64,000 nucleotides of DNA from an uncultured Chloroflexia bacterium (GTDB taxonomy: Bacteria; Chloroflexota; Dehalococcoidia; UBA2979), in NCBI GenBank assembly GCA_963728205.1, contig CAVSIV010000001.1:768001-832000 (forward strand), in the 5' to 3' direction. The first letter of the stretch is position 1, and each line of letters starts with the position of its first letter. The notes below the pieces were generated by a model that searched no databases, was not told the DNA's origin, and saw nothing but the letters and a program-made list of their open reading frames with translations. The translations under genes and the position numbers were made by a program. Positions 8,746 to 17,490 of this stretch are shown piece after piece.

Positions 8746-9705
8746 TCACACCCTCACGTTTGCGATGCGGCGCATCAGGAGCATGCCGACGACCTCGGAG
8801 CACACCGCCGCCCCAATCAGCACGTGGCCGAGCGGTGTCTCGAGCAGCGGCGCCATGTACGCGGGGTTGATCAGCGTGAGCCCGCCCGCCATCACCACCG
8901 GCAGCCCGCCGAGCACCCAGCTCGACATGCGCGCCTGGCCGGTGAGCGAACGGACCTCGCCGCGGATGCGGATGCGCTCGCGGATCGTCCAGCCGATGTT
9001 CTGCAGGATCTCGGCGAGGTTGCCGCCGACGCGTCGCTGGATCAGGACGGCGTCGACGACGAGGTCGAGGTCGTCGTCCAGCACGCGCGCCTGCAGGTGC
9101 TCGAGCGCCTCCTCGAGCGAAGCGCCGAGCTCGACCTCCGCGAGCGCGATCACCAGTTCCGCGCGCAGCGGCTCGGGGACCTCGTCGGTCGTCTGGTCGA
9201 GCGCCTGGAGAAAGGACTGGCCCGCGACGAGCGCTCCGGCCAGGACCTGCAGCAGGTCGGGCAGCTGGCCGTTCATCCGCGAGCGGCGGCTCTTGCGGCG
9301 CTGCGCGGTGAGCAGCATCAGGCCGGCGGGCGCTGCGACGGCGCCGCAGAGCCCGCCCACCAGCCCGCCGGCGCCCGCGCCGAGCGCCGCGCCGCCCCCG
9401 GTGAGCGTGAGCAGCAGCAGCACGAACGGGCCGGCGCCGGCGGCGATGCCGGCATGGCGCAGCCAGTCCTCGGTCGCCGCGAACCGCGGGCGCCGCAGCG
9501 TGCGCGCCCGGCTCGCGCCGCCCGGCAACGCGTCGCTGCGGTCGCCGTCGCCCTCGCCGGGCGACGCCGGTGCCGCGCCGTCGGGGCCGCCGGACGCGCG
9601 CCGGCCCGCGATCAACGCCGTGCGCCGCAGGCGGCGCGCCCGCTCGTCGCGATGCCGCGTGAGCGCGCCGTCCACGAGCAGCCACGCGGCCGTCGCGGCG
9701 CCCAA
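8746..9705 (-). CDS. tadB: Tad platform protein TadB; likely true start GTG 9784 is out of frame
   Basis: QLPDLLQVLAGALVAGQS, IQRRVGGNLAEIL, IRERIRIRGEVRSLTGQARMS, INPAYM. Confidence 0.88.
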   Translation of the reverse strand: MGAATAAWLLVDGALTRHRDERARRLRRTALIAGRRASGGPDGAAPASPGEGDGDRSDALPGGASRARTLRRPRFAATEDWLRHAGIAAGAGPFVLLLLTLTGGGAALGAGAGGLVGGLCGAVAAPAGLMLLTAQRRKSRRSRMNGQLPDLLQVLAGALVAGQSFLQALDQTTDEVPEPLRAELVIALAEVELGASLEEALEHLQARVLDDDLDLVVDAVLIQRRVGGNLAEILQNIGWTIRERIRIRGEVRSLTGQARMSSWVLGGLPVVMAGGLTLINPAYMAPLLETPLGHVLIGAAVCSEVVGMLLMRRIANVRV

Positions 9706-9780
9706 CGCGAGCGCCGCCGGCGCGACGGACGGAATCCGCCGCGCGCGCGAGACCCCCGGCGAGCGCCGCGGCGACGGGCG

Positions 9781-11268
9781 TCACGCGGCCCACCCGTCGC
9801 GTCCGGGTCGCCGCCGCGCCTCGCGATCCTCGAACGGGTCGGCCGGCGCGAGCGTGAACCCGAACTCCTCGAGCCGTTCCACGAACGACGGCCGCAGTCC
9901 CGTCGGCTTCAGCACGCCCTGGATGCGCCCCTGGTCGTCCACCCCGCGGTGCTCGAACAGGTAGAGGTCCTGCATCGTGACCGTCTGGTCCTCCATGCCC
10001 ACGACCTCGGTGATCGCGATCACGCGGCGGCTGCCGTCGCGCAATCGCGCGACCTGCACGACGACGTCGATCGCGGATGCGATCTGCTCGCGGATGGCGC
10101 GCACCGGGAGCTCGAAGCCGGCCATCAGCACCATGTTCTCGATGCGCCGCACCGCGTCGCGCGGCGTGTTGGCGTGCACCGTCGACATCGAGCCCTCGTG
10201 GCCGGTGTTCATCGCCTGCAGCATGTCGAAGGCTTCGCCGCCGCGGACCTCGCCGACGATGATCCGGTCGGGCCGCATGCGCAGCGCGTTCTTGAGGAGA
10301 TCCGCCTGGCGCAGCTGCGAGCCGCCGCCGGCGCGCGCCTCCAGCGAGACGACGTGCGGCTGGCGCAGCGAGAGCTCCGCCGGGTCCTCGATCGTGAGGA
10401 TGCGCTGGTCGGCCGGGATCCACGACGACAGCACGTTGAGCAGCGTGGTCTTCCCGGAGCCCGTGCCGCCGCTGACGATCAGGTTGAGGCCGCTGTTCAC
10501 GCACGCCTCGAGCAGCCGCGCGGAGTCCTCGCTGAGCGACCCGGCGGCCACCAGCTCCTCCGCGGTCAGCCGGTCCGCGACGAACTTGCGAATCGTGAGC
10601 GCGGGGCCGTGGGTCGCGGCCGGCGGGATCACCGCGTTGACGCGCGAGCCGTCCGGCAGGCGCGCGTCGACCATCGGCATCGACTCGTCGATGGTGCGTC
10701 CGGCCGGCGCGAGGATGCGCTCGATCACGTGCACGACGTGCGCGTCGTCGCGGAACTGCACGCCGGAGAGCGACAGCCGCCCGTGGCGCTCGACGAAGAC
10801 CTGCATCGCCCCGTTGACCATGATCTCGGAGACCGACGGGTCGCGCAGCAGCGGCTCGAGCGGGCCGAGCCCGAGCACGTCGTCGACGAGCTGCTCGACC
10901 AGCCGCTCGCGTGCGCCGCCGAGGCTCGGGGCGACGTCCCGGTCGACGAGCTCGCGGACGGCCTGCGCGACGAAGGTGCGCGCGGCGGCGTCGCCCATGC
11001 GGCCGAGCGCCGCCTGGTCGATCTCCTCGATCAGCGCGCGATGCAGGCGGCGGCGGACGTCGTCCGTCGTGGCCGCGACGGCGGCCGGCGCTCGCGGGGG
11101 TGAGACCGCGCGTTGGGCCGGGAACGCGGCCCCACCCCCGCGAGCGCCGGAGGAGCCGGCGCGTGCGCTCTGCTCGCCGCGCGCGTGCGGCGTCTCCGCC
11201 TCGCCCGCCGCCGGGTCGGACGGCGCGCGCGGCACGGGCGAGAGGTTCGGTCGTTCGAGCAACGGCAT
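9781..11268 (-). CDS. cpaF: Tad secretion ATPase CpaF/TadA
   Basis: GLGPLEPLLRDPSVSEIMVNG, GGTGSGKTT, LRMRPDRIIVGEVRG, MNTGHEGSMSTVHAN; SD AAGGAGG. Confidence 0.95.
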   Translation of the reverse strand: MPLLERPNLSPVPRAPSDPAAGEAETPHARGEQSARAGSSGARGGGAAFPAQRAVSPPRAPAAVAATTDDVRRRLHRALIEEIDQAALGRMGDAAARTFVAQAVRELVDRDVAPSLGGARERLVEQLVDDVLGLGPLEPLLRDPSVSEIMVNGAMQVFVERHGRLSLSGVQFRDDAHVVHVIERILAPAGRTIDESMPMVDARLPDGSRVNAVIPPAATHGPALTIRKFVADRLTAEELVAAGSLSEDSARLLEACVNSGLNLIVSGGTGSGKTTLLNVLSSWIPADQRILTIEDPAELSLRQPHVVSLEARAGGGSQLRQADLLKNALRMRPDRIIVGEVRGGEAFDMLQAMNTGHEGSMSTVHANTPRDAVRRIENMVLMAGFELPVRAIREQIASAIDVVVQVARLRDGSRRVIAITEVVGMEDQTVTMQDLYLFEHRGVDDQGRIQGVLKPTGLRPSFVERLEEFGFTLAPADPFEDREARRRPGRDGWAA

Positions 11269-11279
11269 CGCGCCCTCCT

Positions 11280-12464
11280 TCAGCTCGCGCGCAGCCAGCG
11301 GCGGCGCCGCACCGGCTCCCCGTGACCGAGGTACCGCGCGATGCGCCGCACCTCGCGGGCGAACGGGCTGCGCGGCCGCGACTCGCACACGGGGCTGCCC
11401 AGGTCCGACGCGCGCAGCACGGCCCCGTCGTGCGGCAGCGACCACGCGACCGGGATGCCGACCGCGGCGCCGACCTCTGCGTCGCTGTCGGCGCGGACGG
11501 GCAGGGGGCGGTTGCGCACCAGGCGCAGCCGGTCGTCGTCGATGCCCCAGCCGCGCAACGTCTGTACGACATAACGCACTGCCCGCAGCGAGGCGACGTC
11601 GGGGGTGGTGAGGAGCAGGACGACGGACGCCAGCTCCACGGCGGCGCCGGTGACCGGCGTGAACGACGCGGCGGTGTCGACCACGACGAAGTCGTGTGTG
11701 CTCGCCAGGTCCTCGATCACGGCTGCGGCCTCGGTGGGGCCGAAGTCGGCGTGGGCGTCGGGCTCGAAGGGGGCGGCCAGCACGCGCGCACCGCTGCGGT
11801 GTGTCGCGAGGTAGCGGCTGGCGGGCGCGGCCTCGCCGGCCGCGCGCGCGTGGAGCCACTCCTGCACGGTCACGTGCGGCATCACGCCGAGCGCGACGGC
11901 GGCGGCGCCGAAGAGCAGGTCGAGGTCGACGACGGCGACCGAGACGTCGGTCTCCTGCGCGAGCGCGATCGCGAGGTTGCTGGCGACGGTGGTCTTGCCG
12001 ACGCCGCCGCGCGGCCCGGCGACCGTGATCACGCGGCCGGCAGCGCGCGTGGCGGCCTCCTCGCCGCCGCCGCGGCGCAGGGCGGCGCCGAGCGCGCGCC
12101 GCGCCGTCTCGCGCAGGGCGTCGTCGCCGAGCGGGAGCGTGGCGAAGTCGTCGGCGCCGGCGTTCATCAGCCGGCGGATCGTCTCGAGGTCGCCCGCGCT
12201 GGAGACGACCGCGATGCCCGCGCGTGGCGCGGCGGCGGCGATCGCCTGGATGTTGCGCGCGGCCGGTCCGAGCGGGGACTCGGCGTGGACCACCACGACG
12301 TGGGGCTCCTCGTCGGCGGACCGGCGCACGGCGTCGATGCCGGGCCAGGCCTCCGCGGCCACGGCGAAGTCGGGCGCGCACAGGGCGCGCCGCATGGCGT
12401 CGAGGACGTCGGCGTCCGTGCTGACAATCACGGCGCGTGCGGGACGCGGCAGCGGTCCGGGCAT
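11280..12464 (-). CDS. cpaE: CpaE/TadZ (pseudo-receiver plus MinD-like ATPase)
   Basis: REC-like N-terminus; GPRGGVGKTT, VDLDLLFG, DFVVVDT. Confidence 0.88.
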   Translation of the reverse strand: MPGPLPRPARAVIVSTDADVLDAMRRALCAPDFAVAAEAWPGIDAVRRSADEEPHVVVVHAESPLGPAARNIQAIAAAAPRAGIAVVSSAGDLETIRRLMNAGADDFATLPLGDDALRETARRALGAALRRGGGEEAATRAAGRVITVAGPRGGVGKTTVASNLAIALAQETDVSVAVVDLDLLFGAAAVALGVMPHVTVQEWLHARAAGEAAPASRYLATHRSGARVLAAPFEPDAHADFGPTEAAAVIEDLASTHDFVVVDTAASFTPVTGAAVELASVVLLLTTPDVASLRAVRYVVQTLRGWGIDDDRLRLVRNRPLPVRADSDAEVGAAVGIPVAWSLPHDGAVLRASDLGSPVCESRPRSPFAREVRRIARYLGHGEPVRRRRWLRAS

Positions 12465-13285
12465 CACTGGGCTCCCGTCGCGGGCGTGGCGGTGGTCGCC
12501 GGCGCGGCGGCCGGCGCGCCGGTAACGGCGGCGAGGTCGAGGCGCGCGGTCGTGCTGACGCCGTCGTCGCCGGGGCGGCGCAGCATCACGTGGAGCGTGC
12601 CGAACTCGTCCGCGATCGCGAGGCGCTGCGCCTGCAGCGGGCTCACGGCGAGCGTGACGGTCGCGCCGAGCTGCTTCGGGTTCGCGCCGGCCTTCGTGTT
12701 GCCCGGCGCGGCCGTGTCGGCGCCGCCGTCCGCCCCGACGATGTTCGCGGAGACGGCGAGCACCTCGACGTCGTCGACGACCAGCGCGCTGCCGTCGTAG
12801 TGCGCGTGCTGCTGGTCGAAGACGGCGACCACGTCGACGCGATCGCCGGGGGCGACCAGGCCGCCCGCCGCGCTCGCTTCGGAGATCGCCACGGAGATCG
12901 CGCGCGTGTCTTCCGGGACGGCGCGCGCGAGCGGGCTGCCGGCGGGGATATCGCTGATCGCGCTCGCGGGGATCTGCTGGCCGGCCGCGATCGGCTCGGC
13001 CGCGTAGCGGCCCACGGCGGCGTCGGACGTGCGGAGCGCGTCCGGCAGCACGTCCGCCGCCGCGAGCTCGCGCAGGTCGACGTCGCCGGCGGCGATCGTG
13101 GCGCCGGCGACGATGTCGCGCCGCGCGACGAGCGCGGCGATGCGGGCGTCGGGAGCGGACGGCGCCGCGGTCGCCTGCGCGTCGCGGACGTAGCCGTAGG
13201 TCAGCGCGCCCACGAGCAGCGCGAGCACCGCACCCAGCAGCGCGGGCCGTCGTGCGAGAGCGTCGAGCCATCCAAACACGCTCAC
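12464..13285 (-). CDS. cpaB: Flp pilus assembly protein CpaB/RcpC
   Basis: N-terminal TM, SAF domain VARRDIVAG, RAISVAI, GGLVAPGDRVDV, VTLAVSPLQAQRL. Confidence 0.92.
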   Translation of the reverse strand: MSVFGWLDALARRPALLGAVLALLVGALTYGYVRDAQATAAPSAPDARIAALVARRDIVAGATIAAGDVDLRELAAADVLPDALRTSDAAVGRYAAEPIAAGQQIPASAISDIPAGSPLARAVPEDTRAISVAISEASAAGGLVAPGDRVDVVAVFDQQHAHYDGSALVVDDVEVLAVSANIVGADGGADTAAPGNTKAGANPKQLGATVTLAVSPLQAQRLAIADEFGTLHVMLRRPGDDGVSTTARLDLAAVTGAPAAAPATTATPATGAQ

Positions 13286-13289
13286 GACC

Positions 13290-13682
13290 TCATTCCAGCC
13301 GCATCACGGCGGTGCTGTGCACGGTGACGACGCCCCCGAGGATCGAGCCGATCAGCGGGGTCAGGAGGGTCACGTCGTGGCTGACCGCGACCGAGACCGA
13401 CTGGCCCGAGGGCCCGCCGAGGTTCGTCGCGGTCACGGTGAACGGCGTGACGTCCGCCATCGCGTCCTGCACCCGGACGTCGACGTCGCTCAGCGTTCCG
13501 CCCACCGCCGCCTCGCGCGCGCCCTCGCGCGCCGAGTTCGTCACGACCATCCACGCCGAGAAGACGCGCCCGCCATCGACCATGCCGAGCAGCAGCAGCG
13601 CGAAGAGCGGCAGGACAATCGCCGTCTCGACGAGCGCCTGGCCGCGCTCGCTGTGGAGGAACCGCTTCCAGGTGGTGGCCAC
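13290..13682 (-). CDS. tadE: TadE-like pseudopilin
   Basis: ERGQALVETAIVLP...NSAREGAREAAV. Confidence 0.9.
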   Translation of the reverse strand: MATTWKRFLHSERGQALVETAIVLPLFALLLLGMVDGGRVFSAWMVVTNSAREGAREAAVGGTLSDVDVRVQDAMADVTPFTVTATNLGGPSGQSVSVAVSHDVTLLTPLIGSILGGVVTVHSTAVMRLE

Positions 13683-13752
13683 GGGTGGGCCCCGGCGGTC
13701 GGCCGGCCGGGACGCGTTCCTGCGTCCCGCCGGCCGTCGCCGCGGCGGCTCC

Positions 13753-13938
13753 TTAGAACGCGCCGGTGACCGTGTTGATGGCGTTGGTGACCTGCGGGGC
13801 GAGCAGCGCCAGCGCGCCGACGGCCGCGATCGAGATCACCGCGAGGATCAGCGCGTACTCGACCATCGACTGGCCGCGGTCCTCGTTGGTCACGCGCGAG
13901 ACGAGCTGGCGCAGGGCGGTCGCAAGGATGAGCAGCAT
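13753..13938 (-). CDS. flp: Flp family type IVb pilin
   Basis: EDRGQSMVEYALIL Flp motif; 61 aa; SD CAGGAG. Confidence 0.92.
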   Translation of the reverse strand: MLLILATALRQLVSRVTNEDRGQSMVEYALILAVISIAAVGALALLAPQVTNAINTVTGAF

Positions 13939-13964
13939 GAGAGCGTCTCCTGTGTTCCAGGCGG

Positions 13965-14043
13965 GTTCAGTGGGTGGCGGCGGGGCCTGCCCCGCTGCGG
14001 GTTGGTGCGCCTTCGCGGATCCCCCTTCCGGCGCCCACTGAAC
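13965..14043 (-). other. unassigned structured RNA element in the flp leader
   Basis: Perfect 10-bp closing helix GTTCAGTGGG/CCCACTGAAC enclosing GCGCC/GGCGC and GCGGGG/CCCCGC arms. Confidence 0.45.
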
Positions 14044-14081
14044 AGCTCTTTCGCGTCTTCGCCGCGCGCCCCGCGCCGGCA

Positions 14082-14124
14082 CACACGAACAGGAGCCGCT
14101 ACCGGGCAACCCGATAGCGGCTCC
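14082..14124 (-). terminator. intrinsic terminator, expression platform of riboswitch 2
   Basis: Hairpin GGAGCCGCTATCGGG-TTG-CCCGGTAGCGGCTCC followed by TGTTCGTGTG on minus. Confidence 0.65.
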
Positions 14125-14186
14125 GAAGTGGTGTCGACCAGCGGCGGCGCACGGCGTCCCTGCGAACGCTGGCGCAGCAGTGATCA

Positions 14187-14289
14187 CTCGCTTCGGGAGG
14201 TCGGCGGCCGTGTCCCCGCGTCGCCGCGGTGAGGTAGGCCCGTGCCTTTGCGTCCCCGCCTTTCGACGGGTTTGCCGTTATCGGTGAGC
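14187..14289 (-). ncRNA. cyclic di-GMP-I (GEMM-I) riboswitch heading the flp-tad operon
   Basis: Minus strand CTCACCGATAACGGCAAACCCGTCGAAAGGCGGGGACGCAAAGGCACGGGCCTAC...CACGGCCGCCGACCTCCCGAAGCGAG; core nearly identical to 6748-6843. Confidence 0.92.
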
Positions 14290-14360
14290 GCCTCTGCATG
14301 GCGGCCCGCGTCCTCCATCGACGCCGTCACCGCCGAGGTCCGTGTGGACCCCTCGCCACC

Positions 14361-14389
14361 ATCATCGGCCGGCCGGGCGGCGACTTGAG
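14361..14389 (-). promoter_or_regulatory. sigma28 (FliA/WhiG)-like promoter of the tad operon
   Basis: Minus strand CTCAAG-N14-GCCGATGAT, i.e. TCAA-N15-GCCGATGA versus TAAA-N15-GCCGATAA. Confidence 0.6.
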
Positions 14390-14408
14390 GGGTGCGGGGA
14401 GGAATTTC

Positions 14409-14517
14409 CCTCATCGGCGGCAAATCTGCCGCCGATGAGGGGCGGGCGTCCGCCCGCGAATCGGGCGGTGCGGCTGCCGCCGACCATCTGTCGGCGGCGT
14501 ATCCGCCGCCGCTGAGG
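14409..14517. repeat. REP/REPIN-like inverted palindrome doublet
   Basis: CCTCATCGGCGGCAAATCTGCCGCCGA ... TCGGCGGCGTATCCGCCGCCGCTGAGG. Confidence 0.55.
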
Positions 14518-14614
14518 TCCGGACGCGCCGACGGTCGGTCAATCCCGGGCCCGCGCCGACGGTCGGCCGTCGGCGCGGCCCGCCACTCGCCGCACACGCC
14601 CCTGATCGGGCACG

Positions 14615-15118
14615 ATGTCGCGCATGGCCGCGAAGCGACGAGCCGCGATGACCCCCGCCGTCGAGGCGCTCAACGCCGCCGGCGTCCCGTTCGAGCTCGC
14701 GGAGTACGCGCACGATCCAAAGGCGCCGGCGTACGGCCTGGAGGCCGCCGAGAAGCTGGGCGTGGCGCCCGAGCGCGTGTTCAAGACCATGATCGCGAAG
14801 GTCGATGGCAACCGGCTCGCCGTGGGCATCGTGCCCGTCGCCGAGCAGCTCGACCTCAAGGCGCTCGCCGCCGCGCTGGGCGGCCGGCGCGCGGAGATGG
14901 CCGACCCGGCGGAGGCGCAGCGCGTCACCGGGTACATGGTGGGCGGGATCTCGCCGCTGGGGCAGCGGCGACGGCTCGACACCGCGCTCGACGCGTCGGC
15001 GCTCGATCACGCGACCGTGTACGTGAGCGGCGGGCGGCGCGGACTCGATCTCGCGCTCGCGCCGGCGGACCTGGCACGGCTGACCGCGGCGACCGTCGCA
15101 CCGATCGCGCGCGCCTGA
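14615..15118 (+). CDS. ybaK: Cys-tRNA(Pro) deacylase YbaK
   Basis: MTPAVEAL, YGLEAAEKLG, VFKT, TGYMVGGISPLGQ, VYVSGGRRGLD; exact start uncertain. Confidence 0.9.
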   Translation: MSRMAAKRRAAMTPAVEALNAAGVPFELAEYAHDPKAPAYGLEAAEKLGVAPERVFKTMIAKVDGNRLAVGIVPVAEQLDLKALAAALGGRRAEMADPAEAQRVTGYMVGGISPLGQRRRLDTALDASALDHATVYVSGGRRGLDLALAPADLARLTAATVAPIARA

Positions 15119-15288
15119 GCGTTACCGAATCTTCACCGCCGCGCCGGCGCCCGTGGTCGGCCCGAACGGTAGGCTGGTCCGCGTGCGCGAGCCGCGCCGG
15201 GCGGGGCGTGTGCGGACGAGCCGGAGCGACCGATGGTCCACGCATGCGAATGTCGAGCCGAGCCGTGCGCCGCGAGCGGCGGCGCCGC

Positions 15289-16263
15289 GTGACGGGCGCG
15301 CGCTCGGCGCCCGATGCGGCGACCGCGCGCCTCGACGCGGAGGCCGACGTGATCGCCGCGACGCCCGCCCGGTTCGCCCGCGACATGATCGCGACCGCGC
15401 GACCGGCGCAGTGGGTCAAGAACCTGCTCGTCTTCGCGGCGTTCATCTTCTCCGCCGGCACCGCGTGGTCGTGGCGCGAGCCGGGGCAGTGGCTGCCGCT
15501 GGTGAGACTCTCGGTCGCGACGTTCTTCATCTTCGACGTCGTCACCGCGGGCACGTACTTCGTCAACGACGCCATCGACGCCGAGCGGGATCGCCTCCAC
15601 CCGCGCAAGCGGTTCCGCCCCATCGCGGCCGGCCGCATCTCGCCGTGGACCGGGGCGGGCATCGGCGTGACGCTGATGCTGGTGGCCGTGCTGGCGGCCG
15701 GGGTGCTCGACATGGGCCTGGGGCTCGTCGTGCTCGGCTACGCGGCGCTCACGCTGTGGTACTCGGTGGCGCTGAAGCAGGTGGTCGTGCTCGACGTGCT
15801 GGTCGTGTCGGCGGGCTTCGCGATCCGGGCGATCGCGGGCGCGGTCGCGATCCACGTGCCGATCTCGCCGTGGCTCTACGTGGTGACGACGCTGGGCGCG
15901 CTCTTCCTGGCGGTGGTGCGGCGGCGACAGGAGATGCTGCTGTTCGGCGCGGACGCGAGCGCGCACCGCTCGGTGCTGCAGGAGTACACGCTGCACGCGC
16001 TCGACCAGATGGTCGCCGTGGCGATGTCCGCCACGATCGTCGCCTACACCCTCTACGTGACGACGGCCGAGAACCTCCCCGCGGACCACTCCATGCTGCT
16101 CACGCTCCCGATCGTCCTCTACGCGATCTTCCGCTTCTACCTCATCGCCGAGCGGTCTCCCGACCGCAACGTCGACGAGCTGCTGGCGCGCGACGTGCCC
16201 GTCGTGCTGTCGATCGCCGCGTTCGGGCTGACGGCGCTCGCCGTGCTCGCGCTACACCGCTGA
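15289..16263 (+). CDS. UbiA-family prenyltransferase (decaprenyl-phosphate phosphoribosyltransferase-like)
   Basis: RPAQWVKNLLVF, YFVNDAID, DRLHPRKRFRPIAAG, RRRQE, YAIFRF; start uncertain. Confidence 0.88.
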   Translation: MTGARSAPDAATARLDAEADVIAATPARFARDMIATARPAQWVKNLLVFAAFIFSAGTAWSWREPGQWLPLVRLSVATFFIFDVVTAGTYFVNDAIDAERDRLHPRKRFRPIAAGRISPWTGAGIGVTLMLVAVLAAGVLDMGLGLVVLGYAALTLWYSVALKQVVVLDVLVVSAGFAIRAIAGAVAIHVPISPWLYVVTTLGALFLAVVRRRQEMLLFGADASAHRSVLQEYTLHALDQMVAVAMSATIVAYTLYVTTAENLPADHSMLLTLPIVLYAIFRFYLIAERSPDRNVDELLARDVPVVLSIAAFGLTALAVLALHR

Positions 16264-16287
16264 CGGCCGTCGATCGCGGAGGGTCGG

Positions 16288-17400
16288 ATGACGAAACGCT
16301 CCACGGTCGTCCTGGCAGCGGCGTGCGCCGCGGTCGCGCTGGCGGCGGCGACCGCGTGCGGCGGGGGCGGCGGCGCCGCGACGGCGACGCGAGCCCCGGC
16401 GGGCGCGACGGCCGGCGCGGCGACGCCGGCGCCGGCGTCCGCGACGATCCCCGCGGCGGCCGCGTCCGCGACGCACTTCGGCATCGCCGGCCTGGTGCCG
16501 GCGCACTTCCCCGGCTCGACCGCGGACGACTGGAAGGCGTTCTACGCCTCGATCCCGTCGCTGGGCGGCTGGCTGGGCGCGTACTTCGCGTATGACCCCG
16601 CGCACGGCATCCCTCCCGCCGCCGCGTCGCAGCTCGAGGGGGGCGCGCAACTGGGCTTCGAGTCGCTCGCGAACATCGGCTTCAACCACGACGCCGCCGG
16701 GCAGTACCAGTCGAGCGTCGACTTCACGTCCGGCGCGCAGGTGCGCGCGTACACGGCGGCGCTCGTCGCGCTGGCGGGCGCCACGCACCCGCCGTTCCTC
16801 GGCCTCGGCAACGAGGTGAACCGGTACTGGGAGCAGGACCCGGCCGGCTACGACGCCTTCGCGCGGGCGGTGCCCGGGATCGTGCAGGCGATCCACGCCG
16901 CGTCGCCTTCGACGCAGGTGTTCGCGACGTTCCAGTATGAGTTCGTGCTCGGCGCGGGCCGGTTGTCGCCGGTGCCGGGCGGCCGCCGCCCGGAGTGGGG
17001 CCTCGTCGAGGCGCTCGCGCCGTCGCTCGACCTCGTCGGGTTCACCACGTATCCCTTCTTCGACTACGCGTCGCCGGCCGACGTGCCGGCGGACTACTTC
17101 AGCCGCGCGCTCGCGCACACCGCCGGCAGGCCGGTCGGGTTCACCGAGATCGGGTGGCCGGCCGCGCCGCTCGCGCCGGCCCCGGCATCCGACCTCGGCG
17201 GCTCGCCCGACGAGCAGGCCGCGTTCGTGCAGCGGCTGCCCGCGCTCTTCGCCGGCGTCCACCCCGCGTTCGCACTCTGGCTCGACGAGTTCGACACGCC
17301 CGCTGCCGGCCCGACGTTCGAGTCGACCGGCCTCGCGACCCGAGACGGGGAGCCGCGCCCCGCGCTGCGCGCCTGGCGGCAGGTCGCTACCGCGCGCTGA
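16288..17400 (+). CDS. lipoprotein, putative clan GH-A glycoside hydrolase
   Basis: Lipobox-like ATAC; GLGNEVN (acid/base) and GFTEIGW (nucleophile). Confidence 0.7.
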   Translation: MTKRSTVVLAAACAAVALAAATACGGGGGAATATRAPAGATAGAATPAPASATIPAAAASATHFGIAGLVPAHFPGSTADDWKAFYASIPSLGGWLGAYFAYDPAHGIPPAAASQLEGGAQLGFESLANIGFNHDAAGQYQSSVDFTSGAQVRAYTAALVALAGATHPPFLGLGNEVNRYWEQDPAGYDAFARAVPGIVQAIHAASPSTQVFATFQYEFVLGAGRLSPVPGGRRPEWGLVEALAPSLDLVGFTTYPFFDYASPADVPADYFSRALAHTAGRPVGFTEIGWPAAPLAPAPASDLGGSPDEQAAFVQRLPALFAGVHPAFALWLDEFDTPAAGPTFESTGLATRDGEPRPALRAWRQVATAR

Positions 17401-17490
17401 CCGCCGGCCGGACCGATACGGAATCCCCCGCGGGCCGCGGTCACGGCGGCCCGCGTTCGGCTATCGTGCGTCGCGCACGAGGAGGGGACC

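Noticed and set aside
8050-11103. 1017-aa plus-strand ORF, and similar long ORFs (36154-39270, 47026-49824, 58401-61085, 60821-63601)
   Set aside because: Antisense or off-frame shadows of clear genes; Arg/Ala/Pro-rich with no motifs, expected in very high-GC DNA
13965-14043. c-di-GMP-II or c-di-AMP (ydaO) riboswitch, or a self-cleaving ribozyme
   Set aside because: Conserved cores of these families were not found by eye; left unassigned
13939-14187. 144-aa version of Flp starting at 14187
   Set aside because: Runs through the terminator and structured leader; ATG 13938 has an SD and gives a typical pilin length
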